A stretch of DNA of 64,000 nucleotides from an uncultured Gemmatimonadales bacterium. Lineage in GTDB: Bacteria > Gemmatimonadota > Gemmatimonadetes > Gemmatimonadales > GWC2-71-9. The translations under genes were made by a program, and so were the position numbers. The notes below the pieces were generated by a model that saw only the letters and a list, made by a program, of their open reading frames with translations, made no database searches and was not told the DNA's origin. The stretch spans positions 128,001-192,000 of the forward strand of contig CAWCVB010000006.1 of the NCBI GenBank assembly GCA_963798915.1, given 5' to 3'. Within the stretch, counting starts at the first letter, position 1, and the number at the start of each line of letters is the position of its first letter. Shown in pieces: positions 1 to 15,528 of the stretch.

Positions 1-1
1 A

Positions 2-895
2 TCCTATCTGGCCCGCGAGCGCAGCGAGGACCATGTATTGCCCCGGCAGCATGAACTGCAGCTCGTGCCAACGCGCTCGGGAAAGCTGTGGCATACCGAC
101 CCCGATGGCTCCACCTGGCGAGCCTTTCCGTTCCTTGCCCCGGCGTGCACTCACCTGCAGGCCTCCTCGGCTGACCTGAGCGCCTCGGCGGGGCTGGCAT
201 TCGGTACCTTCCTGCGAATGCTCGCCAATTACGACGGCCCGCCGCTGGCCGAAACCATCGCGCACTTCCATGACGTTGTCCATTCGCTCGACGCGCTGGA
301 ACGTGCGGCGCTGGCAGATCCGCTCCGACGCATGCGGGGGGCGCGGTCGGAATTCGAGCAATGCCGCGCCACCGGGCCACTGGGCGAAGAACTCGCCGGC
401 GTTGCGGACGGCATGCCACAGCGGATTGTGCACAATGATGCGAAACTGGCCAACGTCCTGCTGGCTGTCGGAAGCGGCGAGCCGGTGGCCGTGGTCGATC
501 TCGATACGGTGATGCCGGGCTTGTCCCTGGCCGATGTCGGCGACTTGATCCGCTCCGTGGGGAGCCCGGCCGGCGAGGAGGAAGCCGACCTCGCGCGCGT
601 TCGAGCCGAGCCCACGCTGATCAAGGCGGCATTGACCGGGTACTTCACGGGCGCCGCGCGGGTGCTCAGTGATGCCGAGCGCTCCCATGCGGTGCTGGCC
701 GGTTGCGTCATCACGCTGGAGCAGGCGATGCGGTTTCTGCATGACCATTTGATGGGTGACACGTACTATCCTGCGCCTCACCCAGAACAGAACCTTCGCC
801 GCGCCCGCAACCAGTTGACGCTGCTGAAGTCCCTTCTCGACCAGCGGGCCGCGCTCGAGCGGCAGGCCGTTCACCTTTCGCGAGAGTTCGCATGA
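2..895 (+). CDS. APH/choline-kinase-fold phosphotransferase, N-acetylhexosamine 1-kinase-like (5' partial)
   Basis: HNDAKLANVL and VVDLDTVMPG motifs, EQAMRFLHDHL-GDTYY C-terminus; the frame is open back to the window edge. Confidence 0.75.
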   Translation, partial: SYLARERSEDHVLPRQHELQLVPTRSGKLWHTDPDGSTWRAFPFLAPACTHLQASSADLSASAGLAFGTFLRMLANYDGPPLAETIAHFHDVVHSLDALERAALADPLRRMRGARSEFEQCRATGPLGEELAGVADGMPQRIVHNDAKLANVLLAVGSGEPVAVVDLDTVMPGLSLADVGDLIRSVGSPAGEEEADLARVRAEPTLIKAALTGYFTGAARVLSDAERSHAVLAGCVITLEQAMRFLHDHLMGDTYYPAPHPEQNLRRARNQLTLLKSLLDQRAALERQAVHLSREFA

Positions 896-3800
896 TGCGA
901 AGGAGCCTTCGCCCCCTTGCGGCGGTGTTCTTCCTCACACCCGGAGCGCTCGGCGCACAGACGCTGCCCCGGGGAATCGGACAGTGGAATGCGGATTCGC
1001 TCGGCAACCATCGCGTTGTCATTGCGGTGGATTCCGGCGCATCGGCGGTGCGGGCTCATATCGTCTGGCGGAGGCGCGATCGCGCCCCGTCGAAGAAGCA
1101 GGTGCTGGTTTACGCCGCGGGCCGGCCCGGGCGGATTCTCAATGCACGAGTCTTCGGCGTCTCCCAGCTCGAAGCGGATGTCGCGTTCCAGCCGGTCGCC
1201 GGGGCGGGTGAATACTGGGTGTACTACATGCCCTACACCGGCACCGTGCGGTCCAACTACCCGAAGATCACCTACCCGGTGCAGGACTCGACCGCTGACG
1301 ACGGGTGGCTTCGCTCAAACCAGCTCGACGATGGGGCTCTTGAGCAGGGGCGGTGGCGCTCGCTTCCCCTGGCGCACGTCGTTCGACTGGAAGCTGCGGA
1401 CTCCATGGATCGGTTCGATGCGATGGAGCAGATCGCCGCGCCTGATGAGGTGGCCGCGCTGCGTATCGCTGCCGGGAGTGCGCCCGCGCTGGTCTTTCCG
1501 GAGGACCGCTTGCATCCGGTCCGGATGCGGCATCAGGTGCCGCACCGATGGGCCGAGGCAGGTCCGGGGCAGGCGCTCAGCGACACCGCTCGCCGGGGCG
1601 AATTTCTCGCGTTCCAGCTGGGGATCTGGGCCCTCGACTCCGTGCACGACGTTGCGGTCACGTTCTCGCCCCTTACGAGCCCGAGCGGAGCTAGCATCGC
1701 GAAGGAGCAGTTCAGCTCCTTCAACACACATGGCGTGAACTGGCAGGGCGAGGAGTTCAACCGCACGGTCTCAGTGCCGGCGGGTTCGGTCCAGTCGCTC
1801 TGGTGCGGGGTCCAGGTGCCTGATTCCGCCAGCGCGGGCGCCTACCGCGGAACGGTCGACATCTCGCTGGATGGATACCGCACCACGGTGCCGATTCAGC
1901 TGACCGTGCTCCCCCGTGGCATCGCCGATCATGGCGACGACGAGCCTTGGCGGCTGTCGCGGCTGCGCTGGCTCGATTCGCGACTGGCTCTCGATACGAC
2001 GCTCGTGAAGCCGTACACCCCGGTCCGCGTCGCTGCTAACCGACTCGAGCTCCTGGGTCGCCGTATTACGCTGGCGCGCTCCGGCCTGCCAGCGCAGATC
2101 GAAAGCTTCTTCACGTCGGACATGACCAGCATCAGCCGGCAGGCCACGCCGGTCCTGGCAGCCCCCATCAGCCTGAAGGTGAAGGACCGGGATGGTCGGC
2201 CGATGCCCTGGACCTTCGATGGCTGGCACCTCCGCCGCCAATTGCCAGGCGCCGCTGTCTGGGACGCGACCTCGCACGCCGGCGACTTGACGATGCATCT
2301 CCAGGCGGAGCTCGACTTCGATGGCGCGATCGAATACCGGATCGGGCTGGTGGCCGCCCGGGAGATCTCGCTGGCGGATGTCGCCCTCGAGATCCCGATG
2401 CGAACTGATGTCGCGCGGTACATGATGGGCATGCATGCAAAGGGCGGCGCCGCGCCCGCATCGTACGATTGGCACTGGGACGTCAGGCGAAACCAGGACG
2501 CCGCCTGGATCGGGCGCGTCAACGCGGGCCTGCAATTTACGCTCAAGGACGAGCACTATGTGCGGCCGCTGAATACCAACTTCTACCAGCTGCGGCCGCT
2601 GATCATGCCCAGCTCATGGGACAACGGTGGCAAGGGCGGATGCCATTTTGGGCGTGAGGCAGGCCAGTATCTGGTTCGATGCGGCAGCGGCGCGCGAACG
2701 ATGGCAGCGGGCGACACGCTCCGGTTTGATCTTCGGCTGCTCATTACGCCGTTCCATGTCATCAATCCGGCGGCGCACTTTTCGACACGCTACTTCCATG
2801 CCTACCAACCGGTCGACACGGTCAAGGCTGCCGGCGCCAATGTGATCAATGTGCATCACGCCACCGCGATCAACCCGTACATCAACTATCCATTCCTCCG
2901 TCCCGAGGCGATGAAGGCCTACATCGACTCGGCCCATGCGGCGGGGATGCGGGTCAAGATCTACTATACCGTTCGCGAACTGACCAACCGCGCGCCCGAG
3001 CTCTGGGCATTGCGCAGTCTGGGCACCGACGTTCTTGCCGGCGGACCGGGCGGCGGTCATTCCTGGCTGCAGGAGCACGTGGTCGAGAATTACATCCCGG
3101 GCTGGGTCGTGCCGGAGCGCCGGGACGTGGCGCTGGTGACGAGCGGCATCTCGCGCTGGCACAATCACTACGTTGAAGGGCTTGACTGGCTCGCCAGGCA
3201 TGCAGGCATCGATGGTCTCTACCTGGACGACGTGGCCTTCGACCGGATCACCATGCAGCGCATCCGGCGGGTGCTGGAGCGCGACCGCCCTGCCCCGCTG
3301 ATCGATCTCCACTCGGCCAATCAGTACAATCCGAACGATGGCTTTGCCAGCAGCGCCAACCTGTACCTCGAACACTTTCCGTACATTGACCGGCTCTGGT
3401 TCGGGGAGTACTTCGACTACGATTCGCCGCCGGACTACTGGCTGGTGGAGATGTCGGGCATTCCGTTCGGCCTCATGGGCGAGATGCTGCAGAACGGAGG
3501 GAATCCCTGGCGCGGCATGCTCTTCGGCATGACAGCGCGACTTCCCTGGGCCGGGGACCCGCGTCCGCTGTGGAAAGAGTGGGATGCCTTCGGTCTTGCC
3601 GACAGTCGAATGTACGGGTGGTGGATGGACCACCCACCGGTCACGACGGGACGGAAGGACGTGCTGGCAACGGCCTACGCGCGGAATGGCAAGGCGCTGA
3701 TCGCACTGGCGAGCTGGGCCAAGGATACGGTACGCGTCTCGCTCACGCTCGACTGGCGACGGCTGGGCATGAACGAGGCCGGCGTCACGCTCACCGCGCA

Positions 3801-3909
3801 TCCCATAGACAAGTTCCAGGAGGCGGCTGAGTTCCGGATCGGAGAGCCAATTCCGGTGGCACCCGGGAAGGGATGGTTGCTGCAGCTGAGCAGCAGGAAG
3901 CAGGACTAG
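892..3909 (+). CDS. Secreted glycoside hydrolase-like protein (DUF6067/GH123-like), 1005 aa
   Basis: Signal peptide; HHAT-INPYINYPF, KIYYTVRELTN, DGLYLDD and LWFGEYFDY segments; ATGA overlap with the upstream kinase. Confidence 0.7.
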   Translation: MMRRSLRPLAAVFFLTPGALGAQTLPRGIGQWNADSLGNHRVVIAVDSGASAVRAHIVWRRRDRAPSKKQVLVYAAGRPGRILNARVFGVSQLEADVAFQPVAGAGEYWVYYMPYTGTVRSNYPKITYPVQDSTADDGWLRSNQLDDGALEQGRWRSLPLAHVVRLEAADSMDRFDAMEQIAAPDEVAALRIAAGSAPALVFPEDRLHPVRMRHQVPHRWAEAGPGQALSDTARRGEFLAFQLGIWALDSVHDVAVTFSPLTSPSGASIAKEQFSSFNTHGVNWQGEEFNRTVSVPAGSVQSLWCGVQVPDSASAGAYRGTVDISLDGYRTTVPIQLTVLPRGIADHGDDEPWRLSRLRWLDSRLALDTTLVKPYTPVRVAANRLELLGRRITLARSGLPAQIESFFTSDMTSISRQATPVLAAPISLKVKDRDGRPMPWTFDGWHLRRQLPGAAVWDATSHAGDLTMHLQAELDFDGAIEYRIGLVAAREISLADVALEIPMRTDVARYMMGMHAKGGAAPASYDWHWDVRRNQDAAWIGRVNAGLQFTLKDEHYVRPLNTNFYQLRPLIMPSSWDNGGKGGCHFGREAGQYLVRCGSGARTMAAGDTLRFDLRLLITPFHVINPAAHFSTRYFHAYQPVDTVKAAGANVINVHHATAINPYINYPFLRPEAMKAYIDSAHAAGMRVKIYYTVRELTNRAPELWALRSLGTDVLAGGPGGGHSWLQEHVVENYIPGWVVPERRDVALVTSGISRWHNHYVEGLDWLARHAGIDGLYLDDVAFDRITMQRIRRVLERDRPAPLIDLHSANQYNPNDGFASSANLYLEHFPYIDRLWFGEYFDYDSPPDYWLVEMSGIPFGLMGEMLQNGGNPWRGMLFGMTARLPWAGDPRPLWKEWDAFGLADSRMYGWWMDHPPVTTGRKDVLATAYARNGKALIALASWAKDTVRVSLTLDWRRLGMNEAGVTLTAHPIDKFQEAAEFRIGEPIPVAPGKGWLLQLSSRKQD

Positions 3910-6573
3910 CGCCGGCGAGCGCTCGCAGCGCGTTCCACGGCTGCAGGAAAGCTGGTGATGACATCCAAGCTCCGTGCCGTCACATCCGGGCTGTTCAGGA
4001 GGACCAGCAGGCGGCCATCGGGAGCGATGTCATGGTTCCAGGCAAAGGTTGAAAGAAACGCGCCCTCGGCGAGGAGCTCCGCCCGGCCGGCGTGGAAGCC
4101 GCTGGCGAACGAGACCGGCACACGGTAGTAGCGGTTCCTATTCCGGTAGATCAGACCCGTCCCATCCGGCGTCCAGAGGGGCATCTGACCCTGTTCGGCG
4201 ACCTGGTAAATGGCGCCGGTGGGTGGCACCGGCGATACCGACACCGTGCCATCCACTCCTCCCCATGCGAGCCAGCGGCCATTGGGCGAGAAGCTGGCCG
4301 CGACTCCGCGCGCAGGAATGGCAATCCGGGTTGTGTCCGGCCCGAGTGACCGCAGGAACAGCTGCCCGGTACGCCAATCGTTGAAAACAAACTGACCGCC
4401 AATTGGCGACACCGTCATGTACGAGGCGCCACCGAGGTGTATGTCCCGCCACTTTCCCGTCTCCAGTGACTGGATCCGCGCACCGTAGTTGACGAACTGC
4501 ACCGGATCCCAGAGGCCGATCATCAATTCCCGCCCACCGGGCAACCAGGACGCCGGAAACACCCGATAGTTCCCTTCGACGTCGATCTTCCGACGCACAC
4601 CGGTCATCAGGTCGAGCAACAACACCTCCGAGCCGCCGATCGGGTCCCGGGCCTGCACCGCGAGCCGGGTGCCATCCGGCGAGAGGCGAGGCTGGGTATA
4701 CTGGCCGCGCGGAAACGGCAGCGTGTCCATGCGATGGCCCGGCCCGGCAAAGGCGATGTTCACGTACAGCTGGTTCCTGCCCGGCACGTAGACGGCGGTG
4801 CCATTGCGGGAGATCGCAAAGTCAGCGTAGCCGAATCCCGCCTCCATCCGCACACCAGTCACGATCGGCGTCGGCTCCCCCAGCACGCGGCGCCGCTTCC
4901 CATCAAACGGCAGGGCCGTCATTACACCATCGCCGGCGGCAAACACCAGGTATCCATTGGGAAGCCAATGGGGGCTCGCTCCGAACAGGAGGCCAGATGC
5001 CCGGACCGAATCGAGCGGGACGATTCCGCGGCGGGTGATGGCGAGTTCCCTGCCGGTGACCAGTGACAGCAGCGCCAGCTGCCCGGAGCTCAGCTGCCCC
5101 ACCACCCAATCGTCGCCAGGCAAGGCGTCCGACGTGCCGAACTGCGTGGTCAGGGATATCACGGAATCACTATGCACACCACCCGGCGAGATCCGGTGCA
5201 GCTCAAAGCCCTCGTTCTCGAGGACAATGATCTGGTCATTGCTGGTCCAGTGGGCTCCGGTGATGCGGTCTACCTGAGCCAGTGTCACCGGGTCGCCGCC
5301 CCTTGCGGGCACCTTGAGCAGGAAACTTGCCCGAGAAGAACCCAATCCAGGCGCCGTCAGGAGAGAAAAATGGGTGATACGCTCCGTCGGTGCCTGGAAA
5401 AGTGATAATGGAGTCATTGGCCAGCTGCCGTTCGGCGAGCATCGTGCTTCCGCCACTCGTGGCGATATATGCCAGTCGATCTCCTGCGGGAGATAGCGCA
5501 ATCGCCGTCTGTGGCCCGGCGCTTGAACCCGCACCTGCGAGCGCCACCTGTGCCTCGTCGGGAAGCACGACGTTCCAGTGGCGTATGGGCGGTTCCGGGG
5601 ACACCGCGAACATTCGGTGTCCCGCAATCCCGATCACCGCGCCCAGGACGGCACCCAGCGCGACCCAGCCAAGGGTTCTGCGTCGCACGCGAGCGTGCAT
5701 CGGGGCTCGGCGCGCAGGAGCAACAGCAGTGAGGGCCTCAGCGAATTCTGCACCGGAGGCGAACCGGTCAGCGGGCACCGGGGCCAGGGCCCGATGAATT
5801 GCATCGGCAGCGGCCTCCGGGACCGCGCTGCGCACGTCCCGCAACGGCTTCGTCGCACCGACCAGCACCGCAGCAACCACAGCCTGAAGCGACGGCCCGG
5901 TGAACGGCGGCATGCCGGCCAGCGATTCGTACGCAACGCACGCCAGCGCGTAGATGTCGCTGCGCCCGTCGAGCGCCCGTTCCCCCGACATCTGCTCGGG
6001 GCTCATGTAGCTCGGCGTGCCGATGGACAGTCCTGTCTGTGTCAACCGGCTCGCGCCCGCCGAGCTGACGGCCAGGGCGATGCCGAAGTCTGCGAGCATC
6101 GGCTGCCCATCGTGCAGCAGAATGTTTTCCGGCTTGATGTCGCGATGCAGCACGCCTTGACGGTGCGCGTAGTCCAGCGCGCCCGCGATCGCCTGCACGA
6201 TCGCGATCGCCTGCGACACGGCCAGCTCGCGCTCCCTGACCAGGCGATCGCGCAGTGATTCGCCTTGCACCAGTGGCATCACGTAATAGAGCAGCTCGCC
6301 GGCTGCTCCGGAGTCATACAACGGCAGGATATGGGGGTGCTGAAGCTTGGCCGTCACCCGGATCTCGCGAAGAAAGCGGTCCGCGCCCACGACCGCCGAG
6401 AGCTCGGGTCGTAGCACCTTGACGGCGACTTGCCGGTCGTGCTTCAGGTCGGTGGCTTCGTACACAACCGCCATGCCGCCCTCGCCGAGCAGGCGACCAA
6501 TCTGGTATCGGTCGTGCAAGGCTGACTGGAGCTGATTCGTCAGGCTGTTCGCGACGGGCTCGTCAGGCATCAT
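3906..6573 (-). pseudogene. Hanks-type Ser/Thr kinase + TM + PD40/TolB-like beta-propeller, split by a single-base frameshift near 5323-5328
   Basis: GEGGMAVVY, VAVKVL, HRDIKPEN, DFG and GTPSYMSPE in ORF 5236-6573; SPDG repeats continue in ORF 3906-5627; span is 2668 nt = 889 codons + 1 nt. Could be a sequencing error. Confidence 0.8.
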
Positions 6574-6579
6574 CCGGCC

Positions 6580-8385
6580 TCAGGCTCCGCTCATCGGCTC
6601 TGGTGTCACATTCGTCGGGTCTGGCTCGCCCGTCCACATGGACGTGACCAGCCTCAGGAGGGCCAGGCCGCTGACAACGAACCAGAACACCCAGAAGAGG
6701 CCGATGGCAGTGCGACCATAGAGCAGGCTGCCAGCGCCAAACAGCGCTGAATAAACGAACAGGCACCCCAGCACCCAGCCGAGCCCGGCATTGGCGAGCG
6801 AGTCGGGCTTGGCACTGACGGCCGCCTCGGCGCGGATTGGCCGCCATCCCGGACCTGAGGGCCGCACCCGCCGATAGAAACCGAGCAACACGGCATGGTC
6901 GGTTGGCCTGGTGACCAGCGCCGTCACGATCCACGCCACGCTGGTAATTCCGACTGTTCCCAGCAGCACCGTGGACGAGTCGATGGCCAGGCCTTGTTTC
7001 TGGAGCAGGAAGAATGTGGTCGCCACGCCGAACGACACCACCATGGCGACGATTTCCGACCAGGCATTGATCCGCCACCAGAACCAGCGCAGGAGGTACA
7101 GCAGTCCGGTCCCTGCCCCGACCGAGAGCAGGAGCTGAAATGCCTCGCTGGCCGTATTGAGCGCGTAGGTGAACAGGGCGGCCAGCAGCATGAGGGTTGC
7201 CGTCACCACGCGCGCCATCATGACGTAATGTCGCTCCCCGGCGTCTTTCCGGACAAAGCGGCGATACAGGTCGTGGATGAGGTACGACGAGCCCCAATTG
7301 AGATGGGTTGAGATCGTGGACACATAGGCGGCGAGAAGCCCTGCGATCATGAGTCCCAGCCAGCCCGTGGGCAGGAACGTGAGCATCGCCGGATAGGCCA
7401 TATCGTGCCCGACCAGGCGCGGATCCAGATTGGGAAATTGCCGGGAGATGTCGCCAAGTGTCGGAAACACGAGGATTGAGGCCAGCGCCACGATGATCCA
7501 GGGCCAGGACCGCAGGGCGTAGTGGGCCACATTGAAGAAAAGCGTGCCCCCCATGGCGTCACGCTCGCTGCGGGCTGCAAGCATTCGCTGCGCGATGTAA
7601 CTCCCGCCGCCCGGTTCGGCCCCCGGATACCATACGGACCACCACTGGACCGTGAGGGGGATGACGAAGACCGAAAGCGCCAGTTTCCAGTCGCTGAAAT
7701 CCGGCAGCAGGTTGAGCGTGGCGGGGTCCAGGCGGGTGACGAGGCCGTTCAGCCCACCCACCTGCGGCTGCTTGAGGGCAAAATAGGCAGCGGCAAACGA
7801 GCCGGTCATGGCAATGCCGAACTGGATGAAATCGGTGACCAGCACGCCCCACAACCCGGATGTCGCGGCAAAGCAGATGTTGATGACCGCACAGACAATC
7901 AGGGTGCGCTCCATGGGCCAGCCAAGCATGATATTGGCGATCTTGACTGCGGCAAGATTCACCGTCGCCATGATGGCGCAGTTGAAGAACAGGCCGAGGT
8001 ACACCGCCCGGAAGCCACGGACGGCGCTGGCTGCCTTGCCGCTGTACCTGAGTTCGTAGAACTCGAGGTCGGTCATCACCCCCGAGCGCCGCCAGAGCCG
8101 GGCGTAGAAAAACACCGTGGCCATGCCGGTCAGGAGAAACGCCCACCACTGCCAGTTGTTGGCGACACCGTGCTCGCGCACGAAGTTCGTGACCAGGTTT
8201 GGTGTGTCGGTGCTGAACGTTGTCGCCACCATCGAGATGCCGATCAGCCACCAGGGCGCTGATCGCCCGGACGTGAAGAACTCGGCCGTGCTGGATCCCG
8301 CGCGCCGGGCCAGGATAATGGCCGGCGCGAATGAGATACTGAGGGACACGACGACGATCAGCCAGTCGAGGGGCGCGAGGTGCAT
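6580..8385 (-). CDS. Sodium:solute symporter (SSS) family protein
   Basis: Many TM helices; SMVATTFSTDT, YIAQRMLAA and AAYVSTISTHLNWGSSY motifs. Confidence 0.9.
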   Translation of the reverse strand: MHLAPLDWLIVVVSLSISFAPAIILARRAGSSTAEFFTSGRSAPWWLIGISMVATTFSTDTPNLVTNFVREHGVANNWQWWAFLLTGMATVFFYARLWRRSGVMTDLEFYELRYSGKAASAVRGFRAVYLGLFFNCAIMATVNLAAVKIANIMLGWPMERTLIVCAVINICFAATSGLWGVLVTDFIQFGIAMTGSFAAAYFALKQPQVGGLNGLVTRLDPATLNLLPDFSDWKLALSVFVIPLTVQWWSVWYPGAEPGGGSYIAQRMLAARSERDAMGGTLFFNVAHYALRSWPWIIVALASILVFPTLGDISRQFPNLDPRLVGHDMAYPAMLTFLPTGWLGLMIAGLLAAYVSTISTHLNWGSSYLIHDLYRRFVRKDAGERHYVMMARVVTATLMLLAALFTYALNTASEAFQLLLSVGAGTGLLYLLRWFWWRINAWSEIVAMVVSFGVATTFFLLQKQGLAIDSSTVLLGTVGITSVAWIVTALVTRPTDHAVLLGFYRRVRPSGPGWRPIRAEAAVSAKPDSLANAGLGWVLGCLFVYSALFGAGSLLYGRTAIGLFWVFWFVVSGLALLRLVTSMWTGEPDPTNVTPEPMSGA

Positions 8386-8484
8386 GTCCGTTCCGGATGA
8401 TGGCTGGGAGGGGTGCCGGCGGCGCCGGCCTGAAAGCCTGAGTCGAAAGTACGGCCGGCGGCCGGCCCGGCGCCAGTCAGCAGA

Positions 8485-9234
8485 TCAGGCGCTCCAGATG
8501 GACCGCAACGCCGTGGCGAGATACCAGCAGCCAAAAATCAGCGACGCACTCCCGAAGAGCGGCACAGCCCGCCCACTTCGCCAGAAGGCCGGACCACGCG
8601 CGAGTACCGACGCGAGCAACCCCGACATCGCGGCCATCGATGCGGCGGTGCCCCCGGCAAAGAGCAACAGCGCAGCCACCGCCTGGCCCCGGCTGCCCAT
8701 GCTGCTCACCAGGAGCAGTCCGATGATGGCGCTTCCGCCGATGCCATGCACCAGTCCGATGCCGTATGCCGCGACTGGAGTTCGGCCGAGTCGCGAGTGC
8801 CCGTGGCGGTGGTCGGTTGCCACCCGCTCTACCGACTCTCGTGCGTGAGCGTGGAGATGCACGTGCGCCAGACCGTCGTGGCTATGACGATGGCTATGGA
8901 GGGTGCGCTGCCGCCACCGCTGGAGCAATCGCGCCGCCAGCACGATGATCAGGAGTCCCACCAGCGCTTCGGCCCCCTGGCCGATCAGGCGCGGAAGCTG
9001 GAACCCCGTAAGGACCACCGGCAGGCCCAGCAGTGCGACGGTCGTCGCGTGACCCAGTCCCCACCAGCAGCCGATCCAGGCCGCTCGCCGGGCGCCACCC
9101 TCTTCCTCGCTCAGCACGAAGGTCGAGATGGCAGTGAGATGGTCGGGGTCGGCGGCATGACGCAATCCCAGGACGATTGCGGTGAGGAGCGCCATGACGC
9201 TGGGCGCGGGGGCTGCGAGCGGCAGCAGACTCAC
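8485..9234 (-). CDS. HoxN/HupN/UreH-type nickel/cobalt transporter-like membrane protein
   Basis: GLRHAADPDH, WGLGH and GLVHG motifs, His-rich loop; GTG start overlaps the M28 stop (GTGA). Confidence 0.8.
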   Translation of the reverse strand: MSLLPLAAPAPSVMALLTAIVLGLRHAADPDHLTAISTFVLSEEEGGARRAAWIGCWWGLGHATTVALLGLPVVLTGFQLPRLIGQGAEALVGLLIIVLAARLLQRWRQRTLHSHRHSHDGLAHVHLHAHARESVERVATDHRHGHSRLGRTPVAAYGIGLVHGIGGSAIIGLLLVSSMGSRGQAVAALLLFAGGTAASMAAMSGLLASVLARGPAFWRSGRAVPLFGSASLIFGCWYLATALRSIWSA

Positions 9235-10325
9235 TGCCTGCCTGGCTCCGGCCGGCCGCCCTCGTGCCATTCCGGTCGCGCTCCGTCGGCGAGGAGGCGC
9301 ACCGCCTCGGCCGCCGCCTCGATCACGCTCGTCAGGTGCGCGAGATTGACTGTTCCGTACTCGTCCGATGGCCTGTGGTAATCACCGTGCAGGTTGAAGC
9401 TCGAGAGGGTGTGGGCAGGGATGCCCATGCGCGCGAAGGCGATATTGTCGCTCCGCTCAAAGAAATGCTGGTCGGGCCTGGGGTCGGGCACAATGGGCAG
9501 CCCGGCGGCGGCCAGCACGTCGCCCATGGTTGACCGGTCGTAGCCCGTGAGCCACGCTCGTCCAGCTCCTCCGGCCAGCGAGTCCGGCCGGCCAATCATT
9601 TCGATTTCCAGATTGGCCACGGTCTGGTCGAGCGGTCGGACCGGATGGCCAATGTACCAGCGAGTGCCGAGCAGACCCATCTCCTCACCGGTCATGGCGG
9701 CAAAGATGACCGTTCGGCGCGGACGCGACCCGGCGGCCAGAGCCCGGGCGATGCCCAGGACCGCCACGACCCCTGACGCATCGTCATCGGCACCATTGTA
9801 GATGGAGTCCCCATCGACCGGGCGGCCGATGCCCAGATGATCCAGATGGGCGTCCACCAGAATGAATTCGTCCCGCAGGGCAGGGTCGCTGCCCGGCAGG
9901 ACGCCAACGACGTTGTGGCCGATGCGGCGTCGGGCAACCGGCACGGAGTCCAGGCCACTCCAGGCGTCCTGCAGCCGCAGTGCTTCCCTGCCACCGCGGG
10001 CGATGGAGGCGACGAGTGGCACGCGCTGCACGAATCCAGAGTCGCCGGCGGGAGCGAGCCCAAGGTGGCGCATCTCGCGTGCGACCAAGCGGACGGCCAT
10101 CCGCTCCCCAGGCGTGGCCGTGCGGCGGCCCTGCATGGAGTCATCCGCGAGCGCAGACAGGAGTCGAGCGGTCTCGCCCCGGCGGGGCGCACTAGTTGGC
10201 GCCGGCGTCGCCCCCTGATGGGCGCAGGCGGCGAACGCCACCACGGACAGGAGAACAGCGAGGGCCCGCCACGTGAAGCTGGGGGACAGAGAAGGCATCC
10301 GGGCGCTCGCGGCATGGGGCGGCAT
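9231..10325 (-). CDS. M28 family metallopeptidase (lipoprotein)
   Basis: AHLDHLG, NGADDDASG, GEEMGLLG, RSDN and DYHRPSD motifs; FAAC lipobox. Confidence 0.9.
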   Translation of the reverse strand: MPPHAASARMPSLSPSFTWRALAVLLSVVAFAACAHQGATPAPTSAPRRGETARLLSALADDSMQGRRTATPGERMAVRLVAREMRHLGLAPAGDSGFVQRVPLVASIARGGREALRLQDAWSGLDSVPVARRRIGHNVVGVLPGSDPALRDEFILVDAHLDHLGIGRPVDGDSIYNGADDDASGVVAVLGIARALAAGSRPRRTVIFAAMTGEEMGLLGTRWYIGHPVRPLDQTVANLEIEMIGRPDSLAGGAGRAWLTGYDRSTMGDVLAAAGLPIVPDPRPDQHFFERSDNIAFARMGIPAHTLSSFNLHGDYHRPSDEYGTVNLAHLTSVIEAAAEAVRLLADGARPEWHEGGRPEPGRQ

Positions 10326-10374
10326 GGGGGGAAGGTATCGGGCGAGTGGGGCACCCGCCAGCGCCCTGACGCCA

Positions 10375-10411
10375 GAACGCCCGGGCCCTCACGAGGAGGA
10401 TCCGGGCGTTC
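10375..10411 (-). terminator. Hairpin downstream of 5S rRNA (likely rrn terminator)
   Basis: GAACGCCCGG...CCGGGCGTTC inverted repeat; U-tail weak. Confidence 0.5.
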
Positions 10412-10418
10412 AAGGAAT

Positions 10419-10536
<118 letters not shown>

Positions 10537-10630
10537 GTTTTCGAGCTGAGCGCGAGGCGCTCAGCGCTTAGCGCTTGACTAACTGCGGACGGATGGTGAT
10601 CAGGAAGGAATCCAGAACAACAAGTAGAAG

Positions 10631-13601
<2,971 letters not shown>

Positions 13602-13658
13602 CATAGTTCTCATTCGTGGTGTGGATTCCTCACACCTGATCACACATCCATCCGTCAG

Positions 13659-13670
13659 TTGTCAAAGAGC
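13659..13670 (-). promoter_or_regulatory. Spacer boxA antitermination site
   Basis: GCTCTTTGACAA on the minus strand, same as the leader copy. Confidence 0.8.
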
Positions 13671-13757
13671 GAGTGAAGTGAGTGAGGGCACGGAGTGCGG
13701 GCGACTCTCGAGACTCTTTCGTGCGACCGGCGAACCGGCCGACTACTCGAGATCTCC

Positions 13758-15285
<1,528 letters not shown>

Positions 15286-15413
15286 AATTCGATACAGCTC
15301 GTTCCGAACGATGACTATATCGTCCGAATCAAAGTCAGAGTATTCAACCCGGTCTGCCAGGCCTCTGCGCCCACCAGACCATAGGGTCCGCACTCCGCAC
15401 TCACTCACTTCAC

Positions 15414-15426
15414 TTGTCAAAGAGCA
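15414..15426 (-). promoter_or_regulatory. Leader boxA antitermination site
   Basis: TGCTCTTTGACAA, adjacent to the 16S processing-stalk arm (15388-15413 pairs with 13673-13700). Confidence 0.8.
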
Positions 15427-15499
15427 ATTACAGACCGGCGCACGTCCCCGACGATGATGTCACCGACATCCCGCCAACGACGTTGGCCGCGAGCCATGA

Positions 15500-15528
15500 A
15501 TTGTAGCCGGCTGATCATGATGAGTCAA
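15500..15528 (-). promoter_or_regulatory. rrn P2 sigma70-type promoter
   Basis: TTGACT-17 bp-TACAAT. Confidence 0.85.
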
